DNA of 63,993 nt, filler included, from Porpidia crustulata (Eukaryota), in assembly GCA_964255105.1 (NCBI GenBank). It is 17 parts of 17 records of this genome, joined end to end, with 100 filler letters (N's around TTAATTAATTAA, not from the genome) between each part and the next. Parts side by side here need not be neighbours in the genome. Positions count along the whole stretch, not along the records: positions 30,831 to 34,565 come from CAXUWE010002243.1; positions 34,666 to 38,392 come from CAXUWE010002244.1; positions 38,493 to 42,219 come from CAXUWE010002245.1; positions 42,320 to 46,042 come from CAXUWE010002246.1; 13 more parts are not named here. One strand, 5' to 3'. The position numbers were made by a program, and so were the translations under genes. The notes beneath the pieces were generated by a model. The model saw nothing but the letters and a program-made list of their open reading frames with translations. It searched no databases and was not told the DNA's origin. Shown in pieces: positions 32,647-45,537 of the stretch (the stretch's first letter is position 1; each line of letters opens with the position of its first letter).

Positions 32647-34565
32647 ATGACTAGTCCAAATCTTGAAATGAAAGCATCATACAGAAGCCCAGCATTAAGG
32701 TCTTCAAAGCGGAAAGCTAATTCTACACTACCCGTTGAGGATGACTCAAGCAAAAGAGCGAGGACGAGGAAGAGCACAGCTGTCAACGATAATACACTAC
32801 GGGATGACAGAGAAACGCAAGAAGAATATAATGCTAGTCACGCGACTACTGACACATCAAAACCTGCGAAAGCTGGCACTGTCGTAGTCTCAAGCATTCG
32901 GAAGAAGGCAAAACCCTCCAAAGTGGGAGAAGGATCTGGGGATATTAAGGCCGAGAAGGATACAAGAATTGCTGGAAGTCGAGTAAAGGTCGAGGCCCAG
33001 GGGCCCGAACATCACGTGGAAGACACATCGCCCCATAAGGGTGAAAGAACGCTGAAAGAAGAAAAAGGGAAAGAAGAAAAAGGGACGAAGAGGAGATCTG
33101 AAGGACTATCGGTAGACGAACCTACACCTAAGACCACGAAACCCAAGCGTCCGACGAAGGGGAAGAAGACTGAGGAAGAGAAAGACGGGGAAAGAACACT
33201 TGAAGGAGACACGCCTAATAAAGTCAAGCGGAAGAGGAAAACAACGGAAGAGAAAGAGGCTGAGGCCATGCCTCTCGCTGCGCGTACTGCTGGGCTACGC
33301 ATGTACATTGGAGCCCACGTCAGCAGTGCCAAAGGTTGGTCTCAGGGCTATAGCTATATAGTAATCTTAGGACTGAGACTGTATCACAATTATAGGAGTA
33401 CAAAATGCAATCACCAACTGTATTCATATTGGGTGATTTGTTCGACTAACAAACTTTTACGGTTCTCATGGCTAATCGAAGCCTAGGGGTAATGCACTCG
33501 CCTTATTCCTCAAGTCCCAACGAAAGTGGGAGAACCCCCCGTTGCAGGATGAGCATAAGCTGTTATTCAAGACAGCCTGTCGAGACCACAACTATGATGC
33601 TGGAAGGTAATGATACTTCTTCCCGTATCACATTCGCCCACAGGGCTAATTGCACCAAATTAGTCATGTGCTTCCCCATGGCTCATATCTGGTCAATTTA
33701 GCCCAAGAAGATTCAGAGAAGGCCAAACAGGCCTATAACTCATTTGTTGAAGACCTACATCGATGTGAGGACCTTGGAATTAAGCTGTATAACTTCCAGT
33801 ACGCTGTTGCCTCCCTTCATTCCTAATTGAAGCCATGTACTTAAGTCACCTAGTCCCGGCTCTACCGGCCCCTCCCCACGCCCCTCCGCTATTGCTCGCA
33901 TAGCCGACTCTCTCAACCGTGCTCACTCTGCCACCAAAACCGTGAAACCCCTCCTCGAGAACATGGCCGGCGCTGGTAATATTATCGGGTCCACTTTCGA
34001 AGACCTACGCGACATCATCTCACAAGTTAATGACAAGTCTCGCATTGGCGTGTGCCTAGATACATGCCACTCCTTCGCCGCAGGCTATGATCTTAGAAGT
34101 AAAGAAGCCTTCCAAGAAACTCTTGAGAAATTCGACAAAATAGTCGGAATGAAATACCTCAGCGCCCTCCATTTGAACGACTCCAAAGCTCCCTTCAGTA
34201 GCCACCGTGACCTTCACCAAAACATCGGTCTCGGCTTCCTCGGCCTCCGAGCTTTCCACAACGTCATGAACGAACCCCGCTTCGAGGGTCTTCCCATGGT
34301 CCTCGAAACCCCAATCGACACCAAGAACGACGAGGGGAAGGAAGTTGAGGATAAGGGAATCTGGGCGCGGGAAATCAAGATGCTGGAGGGATTGATAGGG
34401 ATGGATGCCGAGAGTGAGGAGTTCCGGACTTTGGAGAGGGAGTTGGCGGAGAAGGGAAAGGAGGAAAGGAAGAAGTATCAGGAGCAGTTTGAGAGGAAGG
34501 TAGAGAAGGATGCGAAGAAGACGGAAAAGGAGAGGAAGGGGATGGCGGACTGGTTGAAGGGGGGG
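32647..34565 (+). CDS. APN1: AP endonuclease, endonuclease IV family, with long charged N-terminal extension (3'-partial)
   Basis: IGAHVS, GGNA.ALFLKSQRKW, PHGSYLVNLA, YNFHPGS, LENMAG.GN.IG, GVCLDTCHSFAAGYD, HLNDSK, RDLHQNIG, LETP; 4 introns. Confidence 0.96.
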
Positions 34566-34665
34566 NNNNNNNNNNNNNNNNNNNNNNNNNNNNNNNNNNN
34601 NNNNNNNNNTTAATTAATTAANNNNNNNNNNNNNNNNNNNNNNNNNNNNNNNNNNNNNNNNNNNN
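34566..34665. other. Artificial contig spacer
   Basis: 44N-TTAATTAATTAA-44N. Confidence 0.99.
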
Positions 34666-36863
34666 TCCGCAATGCGCGCCCACCTCGTCCACATCGCGCA
34701 TGAACACCCGCACCCAGCACGGATCCTGCTGGCCGTTGACTTTGGGCGGCAGCAGGCAGAATTTCTTATCGCGTTTGGGTTTGGCTTCGCGGCCGCCTTC
34801 GTCTTCTACGTTGTCGTTGCGATTGTCGTCGGTGGCAGTGGTGACGGAGGACTTTTTGCGAAGTTTAGCCTGCTCTTTGAATTTGCTGTTGAGGTCTTTT
34901 GTCTTGCTGCTGTCTTCGGTTTTGGGAGCGAGTTTGCGGGTATCGTCCTTCTCTGCCTTCAACAATTCCTTCTCCTCAAGCTTCACCTGCTTCTCCCTTG
35001 CCAACTTGGCATTCTTTTCGCGCTTCTCTAGCAACTTTCTCCGGTCCTTGATGGCCTTATCACGGTCTTTGACTGCTTGCTTGAACGCTTTGACTTGGCG
35101 CGAGTGTTCTTTTTCGCCAAGCTTACGGGTGTCTTTGTCGGAGTAAGGGGAGGGGTCGAACACTGGCGGCTCTCCTGGTAAGACAGGGATAGGTGGGAGA
35201 GAAGGGGATTTTGAGAGAATGGAAGGCGCTATGGAGTCGGTATCTGCAGGGGTAGAATCTGACTTAAGTCCTGCAGTGTCGGACAGTACTTTGTCTTCGG
35301 GAATAGGAGGCTCGTGCTCGTCGTCAGTGATCGGAGCGGGGTCGACAATGTTCATTCCTTCGCTGGCGTCAGAAATGGCACCTTCCTCTGCAAGAAACTT
35401 TTGGTGGTCGTTGAGATCTTCGTCATCTAGAAGGCGCACAGGGATTATCTGCCCGTCCTTGTGCTCCTCGACCGAAATCCTCGGGCTTCTTGACGGTGAT
35501 CGAGTACTGGGAGCAGACAGACTTAGTTCTTGCATCGACTGATTAGCAGATAATCCGGAGCCATCCACCTGCGCCCCTATTTGAGATCTGGACGCACGCA
35601 GCGACGGCGATTTCGGCTTCTTCAGTCGGCCCGTGCTTGCGGTGTAGTAGTTGACGAATCTAATTCTTTGATGACCAGATTGTCTCTCAGTTACATCTTC
35701 AAGAGCTCTGAGCTTAGCGTAGCGATTCTGCAAGCCCTTGTAATCTGCCATTGCGCCGCCAAATTCGAGGTGTGATGTCACATAAGATTTGGTGGCTTTC
35801 GTCAACCCATCAGAGTGTTTCATTACAAAGTGCAAGGCATTATCCCAACCCGTCCGGGTTGCGAGTTTCACATCATTGGGAAATGGGGGATTATAGTTCG
35901 GGTCCTTGGTTGGCAAGTCCAGAGATGAAATCTGCTGCAGACTTGTCACACCCGAATCTTGCCGGCTTTTTGATACTGAGCTAGCAGGAGGACTGAAGTA
36001 ACCCGAATTTGCAGAGGATTGAGTTCGTGTCTGGTGTAGAGAAGGAGTAGCAGACGGCGAAGTCGCAAATTCAGAATCAACGGGCATCGGCCTGTATTCT
36101 TGATCTCTAGAACTTCCTTGAGGGGACCTCACATTCGGCGATTCAGGCGCGGGTCGAAAAAGACTTCCAATCCCACTGACTACCACACCGGGATGCATGC
36201 CTAGAAAAGGGGTATCGAAGTTGATGGTTCCCAGTATTCGATTCTGGAACGTCTCACTGTTGGGTAGCATTAGTAACGCTACTTCGGCTGATAAGATGCC
36301 TCCCATGCTATGTCCGAGAAGGATCACATCTGTCCTCGGCGACTCATGGGGAGAGAGCCTTGATATCATCAGCTCTGTAATCACGTCAACCCATCAAGAA
36401 ATTGTCAAGGTTCCCACCATCTACTGAAATCGTCCCTAGCAAATTCGATTGCCTTTCTTGATTTGTATTTCGGATATATTTTCGTATGAATAACGTGGGT
36501 TTCTGCTAACATTGCCGTAACGACATTGTGTACGTGCGCAGGGAAGCTCCTGAAGCTCGTTTCGTTACCCATAAATCCATGAATGTAGATCAGGAGTAAA
36601 GTTCTCTTTCCGTCTGCTGCAGTATTCTCCTCGGGAACAAGAGATTGTGTAGACGACGATCGAGGATCTTGGGCAGACCATGAACCAGTTAATGGCTGAG
36701 AATGATACGTTGGTGCAATTTCCGAGTAGGGCGGCGGGGCCAATGCATCTGAAGCTGTAGAGTTCGCCCGCGGTGGGAGAGGAGGTGGTTGGGGTCTTTC
36801 ATTGGCAGAGGCTTCTGGTCGGTACGTCTCTGGAAAGAAGTTCTGGTCACTTTTGTAGCCCAT
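34666..36863 (-). CDS. Alpha/beta-hydrolase-fold (DUF676-like) protein (3'-partial)
   Basis: LLLIYIHGFMGNETSF.SFP, GHSMGG nucleophile elbow, FDTPFLG.HP, RFVNYYT.STG, W.RV.M..VDEVGAHCG; intron near 36360-36418. Confidence 0.88.
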
Positions 36864-37087
36864 TCTGCTGGTACTGTGCTGATGGACACTTATCTACGAG
36901 GTGGGCACATGGAGGGCTCTTCTTGACAAGGACTGCGGAGGGATGCGCAATAATATGTGAACAGGGTAGCAACGGAAAATGCTACATTAGATACACAGAA
37001 TGATATTCGTCCAGCTTTTTGTATACTAAGTCACTTTCTAGACTCTATTTCTTGAATATCTATAATTATGATAATGACTCGCCACAA

Positions 37088-37814
37088 TTATTGCAATCGG
37101 TCAGCGAGTACAACGCCGTACGCTACAGTCACAAGCAGGCCGACTAGATTGGTCAACGCCGAAGCCCCGTGCATCCTCCCGAATGCTTTATTTAATCTCG
37201 TCATCTCCTTTGAATGGGGTGGAGCGTCATAACTCTTTTTCCCGTCTCTCGTTTCTGTCGCCAGCCTACATCAGCAGCGACACCACCAAACAAGAGTACA
37301 ATTCTTACCCTGGTGTTTCCTCTCCTTCATGATTCTGGTTGTCGCCGGGCCAATCCATATCAAGTTCGTCAGGTTTATTGCAAGTATAGTGGCTATCGGC
37401 GCGAGAACCGTCAATCGATTTTTCTCGGCAATGAAACCGGACAAACTTGAGGGTGCGGATCCCAAAGGTGTTCTGAGACCAGGGTATGTAAGAGCGAGAA
37501 TAACAGGGAGTGCGGTTTGGATTCCGAAGAAGATGGGGAATATGGCTTGTTGAAGAGTAGAGAACTGCGCCCGCGGAAGGGCTTTGTAGGCTACCGGACC
37601 GGCGATAAATGTCTGAATGCGTGAGTTGGCAGGTTACGAGGGGCTCGTGCAATCAGTGGTTTGAAAACGTACCTGGAAGGCAGACGAGCCAAGGAGGGTG
37701 CCATATCTACAACGAGATCAGCGTCAAGGTTTCGCTGAATATGTAGAGTTATTGATTGAAGTACGTGATGATGTGATAGGGCGCCGTTGAGGCAAGAATT
37801 GAGAGATCTGGCAT
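37088..37814 (-). CDS. TMEM205/DUF4149 family membrane protein
   Basis: Spliced: MPDLSILASTAPYHII/TYGTLLG..FQ/TFIAGPVAYKALPRAQFSTLQQAIFP, NL.W.GPATT.IM.ERKHQ/ETRDGKKSYD, FGRMHG.S.L.NL. Confidence 0.88.
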
Positions 37815-38392
37815 TTTGACTGTCAAAAAGCTAGACGACCGTGGTATGCGATTGTTAATGAAGGAGTTGAAAGGCAATGAAGTATTGATTCGATGTTGAC
37901 TTGATACTCTCAATGTGACATGTGCTTAAACGGTTCTAGACCATTTCGATGACGTAGGGGACGGCTCTCGATTTCTCGTTCCCGGACCCCTTTGTCTCGC
38001 GTGTAACACGTTAGCAACCACACAGCGCAAGGCTCATCAATCATCGCCGCCGCACTTAGGCGCTCAATTACTCGTGTTTTCGTCTACGATCCTATCCCGG
38101 CGTATGTACACTCATCCTACACACCCCTTTGCGGTCCAGGGCTTAGAGCAATACCTACTTACAAGTGGTATCACATCCACGGCGTTGCTTTGTGAAATGA
38201 AAACCACCCACATCGTTTTTGGATTTGGTTCTTTCCCCTTTCCATCTCTTCTTTTAATCCTTTACCGCAATCATATTATCAATCTCCTTTTGCCTCCCCA
38301 AATCTCATATTAAGCCCCCCGGATATGGTCCTGGCTTTTTTATGATTCGGCGTCCACCTATATCTTCACCCATTCTTCCCCCTCTCCCAGGC

Positions 38393-38492
38393 NNNNNNNN
38401 NNNNNNNNNNNNNNNNNNNNNNNNNNNNNNNNNNNNTTAATTAATTAANNNNNNNNNNNNNNNNNNNNNNNNNNNNNNNNNNNNNNNNNNNN
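38393..38492. other. Artificial contig spacer
   Basis: 44N-TTAATTAATTAA-44N. Confidence 0.99.
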
Positions 38493-38789
38493 ATTACCAC
38501 AGAAGACACCGCGAATGCACAGGCTATTAAGATGTCAGAGGTCTGGTCCCCCTCGTCCTTTTCCGCTACTGCAATTGGCAGTTTAGCTCCGTGGATGGGA
38601 GAATGCATTAGGGACGGTCCACGCGATTTTGAACTTACAATACCGAAGAATTTCGGCCCACTTCTCGTCCTCTATTTCATCGACTGGCATTTCTGCCATC
38701 GGAGCGGACGCTGCTTCTTCCATCTGGACGTCTGGCTCTTGAGGGGTAATCACTCCCACCCCCCGGTGGGAGTGATTGGGGCCTGCCAT
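38493..38789 (-). CDS. Hypothetical protein N-terminal part (3'-partial)
   Basis: Acidic ORF ...EIEDEKWAEILRY, donor GTAAGT near 38638 and CAG acceptor near 38569 keep the frame open (LAEKDEGDQTSDIL...) to the contig edge; start uncertain. Confidence 0.4.
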
Positions 38790-39370
38790 TCGAGGATGTC
38801 ATTAGCTTGCATTCCTGCCATTTGGTCGACGACGGGATATCGAGAACGACTTGTCTAGCTGGCTCTACGGCGAGGTTCTGGGCTATGGGTATGGTAAGGG
38901 GCGGGCAATTACACTCGGAGGTCACGATGATTCAATGAGGTAATGCAGATATTTGGAGAAAGTTCACGAATGTGAAGTGTTGTATTGATATTTGCATTAC
39001 GAAACGGTGAGGAGAGGAAATGGAGTGGTAGGTTGCAAAGCCTTTATACACTCGTTCGCTGTTGCAGTACATCTCGAAGGCGAATTGATGGCTCGAAATG
39101 TCGAAAAGAGGATTAGAATAAATAGAGGTTCCAATGGTAGAGTGAGAGAAATAGGGGAGTGAAGATATCGGAAGTATGGAGAGTTAGGTTTCCCAGGGAC
39201 CATCATTATGGCGAATGTTGGAACAAGCATGAACGAAGGAAACCCCCAGCCACTCATAACTAGAGTAGAATAGTTTCCACTGTTCTCTGCTGGTAAGTCA
39301 AAAGTGAACAAACAGACTCAACGCATACCAGATCTCATCCACAGACTTAGCTCATCCGCTCCATCCTCAA

Positions 39371-40981
39371 TTAATAATAGGGAATGGACGCGTTGGTGAC
39401 TTCCCACAGCACAAACTCCTTCGCTGCTTGTGCAGCGAGTTCTTGACTTGCGGTCTCCTTTGAAACGGCATCTGTATGGTCTACCTCTCTGCCAGGGAGC
39501 CGCAACATCGTGTAGCCATCCTGCCCATCAACAGCTTTGGTGCGGAAGGCATGGGCACTTATTGCAAGCCAAGACTCCCGGCCACCATTGGAGGCCTGAG
39601 GTAAACAAACTCCACTAGGACACTCCGTAATTAGTCAGCAAATCCGTGAAAATCTCGGGATCTGGTCCAGAGTACCAAGGATATCATGTGCAGGAGGAAA
39701 GAATAGTCGTACCACAATTCAATAAATAGCCCCTTAATCCAGTGGGAAGGTATGAACCCTGACCATCGTAACGTGACGAGATTGGCAGGCTCGGCCGACT
39801 CAAGATCAGGGACGCTGTAACGAGAGAGATAAGGATCGATCTCATCATCCTCTCGAATCCTCGGGCTCTGAAGAGATACAAGGCCGAGCCATTCATGAAC
39901 TTCAATCGCCCAATCCTCGAAGTAGCCATTGTTTACAACGGCATCGTAGGCATTCCTGAGTTCCGGCACCAGGACGTGCCGAGAGCAAGCAACTTTAGGC
40001 GTACACAGTTTGACCAGGGGGTAAAACCTCTCAATAGGACTAGTTGGAATTTCTTCGGAAAACGTGAGCTTCAGAGTTCGGAAGAATCCGGCATCACATA
40101 TGGGTCAAATACTCACGCTGGCCGCTGGTGCTGTTCTTGGCGCTGAGATCATGGAATAACCAGGTGACAGCATCAGTGAGCACATTCTTAAAAGCCCATA
40201 CAACGCGCTCAAACCCCTTCTTGCCATGTAGCATCGATGGGAGCCTCAGATTGATCTCGACGACTAGGCTCGGGGCTTAGCAAAGGCATCGCGTGAAGTC
40301 TTATGTGCAGGACGTGCCTACCGTATCGAGTCTTCAGGTGTTTCCGGCCAGTGTCGCGCATGGGCTTTCCGGCCAGGCCGCATCGCTCATAGTTCTCCTT
40401 GGCAAGTTCAAGACGCAAGACACCTGCAGCAAATTTTGCAAAACACTTAAACTATGGACTGGACAGTATACAGGTAGGGCTACAGAGACCCAGCATACCA
40501 TCTTTGAGAGAGTACACATCATCGACCCCAGAGCGGCCTTCAGAAAGCATCAGAATATCACCTAACATTCGATTAGACGATGAAGAATCGCAAAACAGAT
40601 ATAATATATGGTAAGATGATTTGAGAATATGTACCAGACTTGATGTACGAATTAAAGAAAGCTTCATCTAGCAAATCAGAGAGTTTCATAATGACTCGCG
40701 AGTACTCAAAAGTCTTTATTTTCTTATCGATATCACTCCAAATGATATTATAGAGCTCCTCTGGTAGGGTTACCTCGACCTAGATCCAGATATGAGCTCA
40801 TCGTAAGCATCAACTCCCTATGTCCAAGGCTCATTACCGTATGGTTCATGGGCTGATTGAGGATTGTCGCAAACGGTTTCTTTTTACTAGGAGGTTGCTT
40901 TGGGTCAATGTATTGTGGTAGAATACCATGCAACACGAAGCACTTCGAAGCTGACTTATCATTCTGCAGGATTTGGGACAT
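39371..40981 (-). CDS. RPP40: RNase P/MRP 40-kDa subunit
   Basis: Spliced: KCFVLHG...DPKQPPSKKKPF, GDILMLSEGR, L.LEL.KE.YER.GL.GKP...GRKH, LRLPSMLHGKKGFER..WAFKNVL, EWLGLVSLQSPRI...D.IDPYLSRY, W.GFIP. Confidence 0.9.
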
Positions 40982-41284
40982 CTCTATAGACACATTTTCA
41001 TAAATTCGTTAGAAAGATAAATCCTTCAAGCAACTTAGACAAAGAAAAATTTGAGATGCAGAATTGCCAAAGGCAGTTTAGTTAGCCGTCGCTTAAGCTT
41101 GTCTGCAGGAACGCACAAAAGCCCGACCTGCCCGAGATGACTACCATGACTACTAAGCGCCTTAAGCGGAGCATTGACATTATAGAAGGAGCTATCGAAG
41201 GTGTACGAGTCTATCATGATGGTGATCGCAAAGCCAGCGAGCTAGGACTTTGAAGGGCTCCCTCCGTATACAGCTTACCACGAT

Positions 41285-42219
41285 ATGGCACCAGCACCAC
41301 ATCGAAGGCCAATAGCTAAAGACCGCTTCGCCGCTGTATTCTCCACCCTGAAGACACAAACATATCATGATCCCTCTTCACGAGGTCCCGGTTCCCACAC
41401 GTATGTCCTCCCACGCTAGCAAGCCTCCCTCAAGAATCGCTTGCGCCACCCCAATTGACACCTCCGTAGAATCCGCACAATCGCATGGAGCCCAACAGGC
41501 CACCTCATCGCCACCGGCTCGGCCGACCGTACCTTGCGCGTATGGAACCCCGAGAAACCTCAAGTGAAGAACAGCACGGAGCTTCGAGGTCATACTGGCG
41601 GTATCGAGCGTGTGGCCTGGAACCCGATCAAAGAGGCCGAGCTTGCTTCCGTCTCGAGTGACGGGACCTGTCGCTTCTGGGACGTACGGAGTAGGACCTG
41701 TACGGCGAACGTTGCTCTCGGGGGTGAAGGGCTCACCATCACGTGGTCGGCAGACGGCAGTGTCGTGATTGTCGGCCGCAAGGACGACACGCTGATTCCG
41801 ATCTCCATAGTACCATCGCCCACGGCTTTGAAACCCATTCCGCAACCGGTACAAACCAACCAATGTACCTTCAGCCATGCCTTCCAACCCACCACACTAC
41901 TTCTCACCACCGGAGACGGCTCCGTCAAAATCATCGATTACCCCTCGCTCACATTATTGCACACCCTGCACGCCCACACATCCGCCTGCTTCTGTCTCTC
42001 CCTTTCCCCCACCGGCCGTTACCTCGCCATCGGCGGCTCCGACGCCCTGATCAGCCTGTGGGACACCACCGACTGGGTGAGCCGACGCACGCTGGCTGGA
42101 ATGGTTGGCGCGGTCAAAGCTCTGGGGTTCAGCTGGGACGGGAGCTTTGTGGTGGGCGGGAGCGACGAAGGGACCGGGCTTGAGATCGCGCACGTCGAGA
42201 CGGGCGAGTATGTGTATAC
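41285..42219 (+). CDS. TEX1: WD40 protein, THO/TREX complex subunit Tex1/THOC3 (3'-partial)
   Basis: RTIAWSPTG..IATGSADRTLRVWNPE, ELRGHT, AHTSAC, GRYLAIGGSDALISLWDT.DW...RT, FSWDG.FV..GS; intron at ~41401-41469. Confidence 0.88.
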
Positions 42220-42319
42220 NNNNNNNNNNNNNNNNNNNNNNNNNNNNNNNNNNNNNNNNNNNNTTAATTAATTAANNNNNNNNNNNNNNNNNNNNNNNNN
42301 NNNNNNNNNNNNNNNNNNN
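42220..42319. other. Artificial contig spacer
   Basis: 44N-TTAATTAATTAA-44N. Confidence 0.99.
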
Positions 42320-43164
42320 GTACCGTATGGATGGGCAAAGGCGAGGCAGACGCGGATGATACCCATGACGCCGACACTGCGAGCGATTAGAGTCGTAATA
42401 TATTGGCGAGATTGTAGGGGGGTGAAGATGCTTACAAGCCACCCAAAGCGAAAATCACACCCAACATGACTTTCGACTTCAGGGGCATTTGCAACTCCCT
42501 AAGTACCGGCAGCGGAAGCGCAATCATAACGAAATCCAGCAGCGAATTCGGAATCTCGACCCATCCGACAAACTGTATGAAATCAAAGCATGTACCCTCT
42601 TTTGACGGGTTCCATGCCTTGTCGGCTGGCGTGCAGCGGAAACACAGGGCCAGGACTGCGGCGATCAGCCAGAGGAAATTTATCAGCGCGACGATCTTGA
42701 CGGCTTTGTGGAAGCGGCGGTTGATGGCGAAGTTGCGGGTGTAGAGGTATAGGATGCTGAATTTTGCGGTGGTTACGCAGACTGGACCCAGGATGGACGC
42801 GGCGTACGAGATCTGTTGTGATCAAGTTAACGATGGTTCGGGTAGGAACAGCGGCGTACTGACTTTTAGATAAAGTATCAATTCCGGCAAGGGTAGAACC
42901 GTTGGGGCTCCGTCCGTCAAAATTTGCTCGGCTAAGAAGGACGAGTCAGCGGTGATCATATGCCAAGAAGCAAGATATCGATCTGAACATACCGCAGATA
43001 ATCAAAATCGCATAGGCAAGGAACGTTATCAAAGCAAGCACGGCAAATAAATCGTCGACTCCGTAGCCGGCTTTGGTGCTCGCTCGGGCGACGAAGCGCA
43101 GGCACAGGGCGAGGACGCAGACGACGCTGAAGAGGACGGCAAGAAAAGATGTATGTGCTGTCAT
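42320..43164 (-). CDS. Pth11-like integral membrane protein (fungal rhodopsin-like GPCR family, 3'-partial)
   Basis: LRFVAR......GVDD, AKFSIL.LY.R.F, C.P..KAW.....G.C, N...D.....LPLP....LQM....K......F.LG; no CFEM domain seen. Confidence 0.88.
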
Positions 43165-44222
43165 GGTTGATATTTCCCAGAGCGGGTACTGTTAACGAGG
43201 GTGGATGATTTCGGTAACGGGGGATCCTTCCGGGACGGATGCTGTTGGTGTTGGATATTCTCAGGACACAATTGCTCTTGACAGCGGAAAACGCTTCCGG
43301 GTCAATGCTTGCGGTGGCAGCTGTTTTCTGGGAAATGATATCAGTGGCGAATGAAGTTACAAACTTGAAAGTCGGGACTACCGAAGATCGACACGAGTGT
43401 TGAAGCATCATAGGGGTTTGGACTGATAGGATTCTGTAGTCTTTTTCAACACTGGTCATGGAAGCGTTGTAAAACAACACGTACCGCCATCCGGTGCTTT
43501 CCTCCTAACACTATACCATGCAGGTGATAGTAATTTGGTAATCCTGATCATAGCTAACTTGTGTACAAACACTTCCCCCGGACGAAATAAAGGCTGTATG
43601 AAAGCTGTTTCTCATGCCCCTATTCAATATGCTACCCTTACACAACGTCATGGCCGAGAGCCAGATGTAGCAATCAAAGAGGGCGTGACATATAGTAAAT
43701 TTATTATGGTCTATGCATTGAACTCAGCGAATGAGCCGACACTTTCACCTAAACAGGTACCTTTTCCACGCCAAAGCGGGCAATTCTTGCAGGGCTGAAA
43801 GGGAAAGGAAAATGGGCGTTCCGGTTGAGAAAGGGATGATTTGGTACATGTGGGCTGCAGCTATTAGCAAAAGCATGTAACTAGAATGGAAAAGGGCCAA
43901 CCTCGTAGTGAAAGTACACGTGCTGATAGTGCCGCCACGAACAGTTGGGGGCCGTCAAGCTCTGCGTTGGCATACTTACGCTTTGGATTGCCGAAGCAAA
44001 AGCAGCACTTCGGCACCATGCTTATTCGCCAGAATTATTCGCAGAGCCATTGCTCGCAATTGCAGGGGGAAAAAAGCAATGGGGAGAGGAATAACGGACT
44101 TGCATATTGAACAGCTCAAAATATGCAAAGTCTAGCTTTTGACATTATACCGTAAGATAAGGTGGGTTATTCTTCCTGTGGCTAGGCATAGCCTTTTGCC
44201 AAATCTGTACCTCGCTTTCGAG

Positions 44223-45537
44223 TCAAAACACCAATCCGAACTTGATGTGGGAGCACCGTATGAAATAAGGGCAGAGTGGGACGCTGTCGACGGCCCGCAA
44301 TGGCCTCATTCTCTTTCGCTACTCCTTGATAAGTTGGAAAAACTCGACCAAAACCCCATCCCAACCATTCTTCCGCCACCAGTACTCCGCTTCACGCTTC
44401 TTCAATGCGAGCCATCAGGACTGTGTGGGAAGCTCGGTAAACTCTTGAACGACAAGCCAGTGTGGTGTCAAGAGCTGATCATGCTTGAAGCAGCTAACGC
44501 GGCGGGAATGTTCGTGAGATGTTAGATACGCAAAGTGTTCAAAAATGACCCCAAACTTTTCATCGCTGTCATTCGCATTGACATCTGGCGGGCACGGAAT
44601 CTGATATACTAGAATATATGGCGAGAGGTCTGAAGTGGCTAGGTTTGAAGTCAGTAGTGAAACCCGTCGGTGCGTCGGGGCTGTAATTAGTTCAGGGAGG
44701 TTACTCACAGGATATTGGCAAAGGGTCGTAGTCTTCAGAGATGACGACACCTTTGATTGGTTTAATCTGTAAGTCAAGGTATGTGTAAAGCCTTGGTTTG
44801 GCGCCTTTAATACACTCTTCTATGTCTGACTTGATCCATCCTTGGACTTCGCGGTTGAAGAACTTCGCTTCGGGATCCTGGTCAGAGTTCCAATTGACAC
44901 AATTCTTCATATCCACTGCATCATAGGTGTTGATGGTGTTTTTAAACATGTCCGGGTCGTCCATGGCGTCTTCGGGGATGCTGGGGTCAGAATCTGGACA
45001 TTGCTTTTGGTCTGCGAGATCCTCTATATGGTGATCGGTATCTTGGATTGCATCATCGGGGTCACCCTCCGGCAAACCATCATCCATGAGTTCTGGAAGT
45101 AGCTCTGGTGGTACAAGAGTTGCCGATGGCTCGTACTTGGGTGCTATTTCACTGCTTTCGTTTTCAATGGTGGATCCATCATCGAGCTTATCTCTCGAGA
45201 GTGGTGGGAGTGGTTCTAAACTTTGGAAGCCTTCTTCGCTCGCAATTGATAAGTCACCTATCAAAGATAAAGCGATGCCTGACGGTACCGCTTGTGGCTT
45301 GCGTTGGAGGAGATCATACACGTGAAGCTGCTCGCCGGTGTCCTTTATGTAGCCTGAGATAGCCAGAGCCGCTGGGGTAGTGGCCTGTAATTTGAGCGCC
45401 TTCGCGGAAACAAAGAAAAGACCAGTAAATATATTACGTCTGCGGATCGAGTGCGTGATGCAACGAGAAGGCCTGATGATGGGACGCACGCGATTTACAT
45501 TATATAGCAGCTTCATCGACTGGGCGTGCACTTCCAT
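44223..45537 (-). pseudogene. Unidentified spliced gene with two in-frame stops near the 3' end
   Basis: 278-aa ORF joined by a canonical intron 44708-44639 (GTGAGT..CTGAC..TAG) to the next ORF; protein-like reading continues across TGA 44415-44417 and TAG 44319-44321; possible upstream exon near 45680-45782. Confidence 0.45.
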
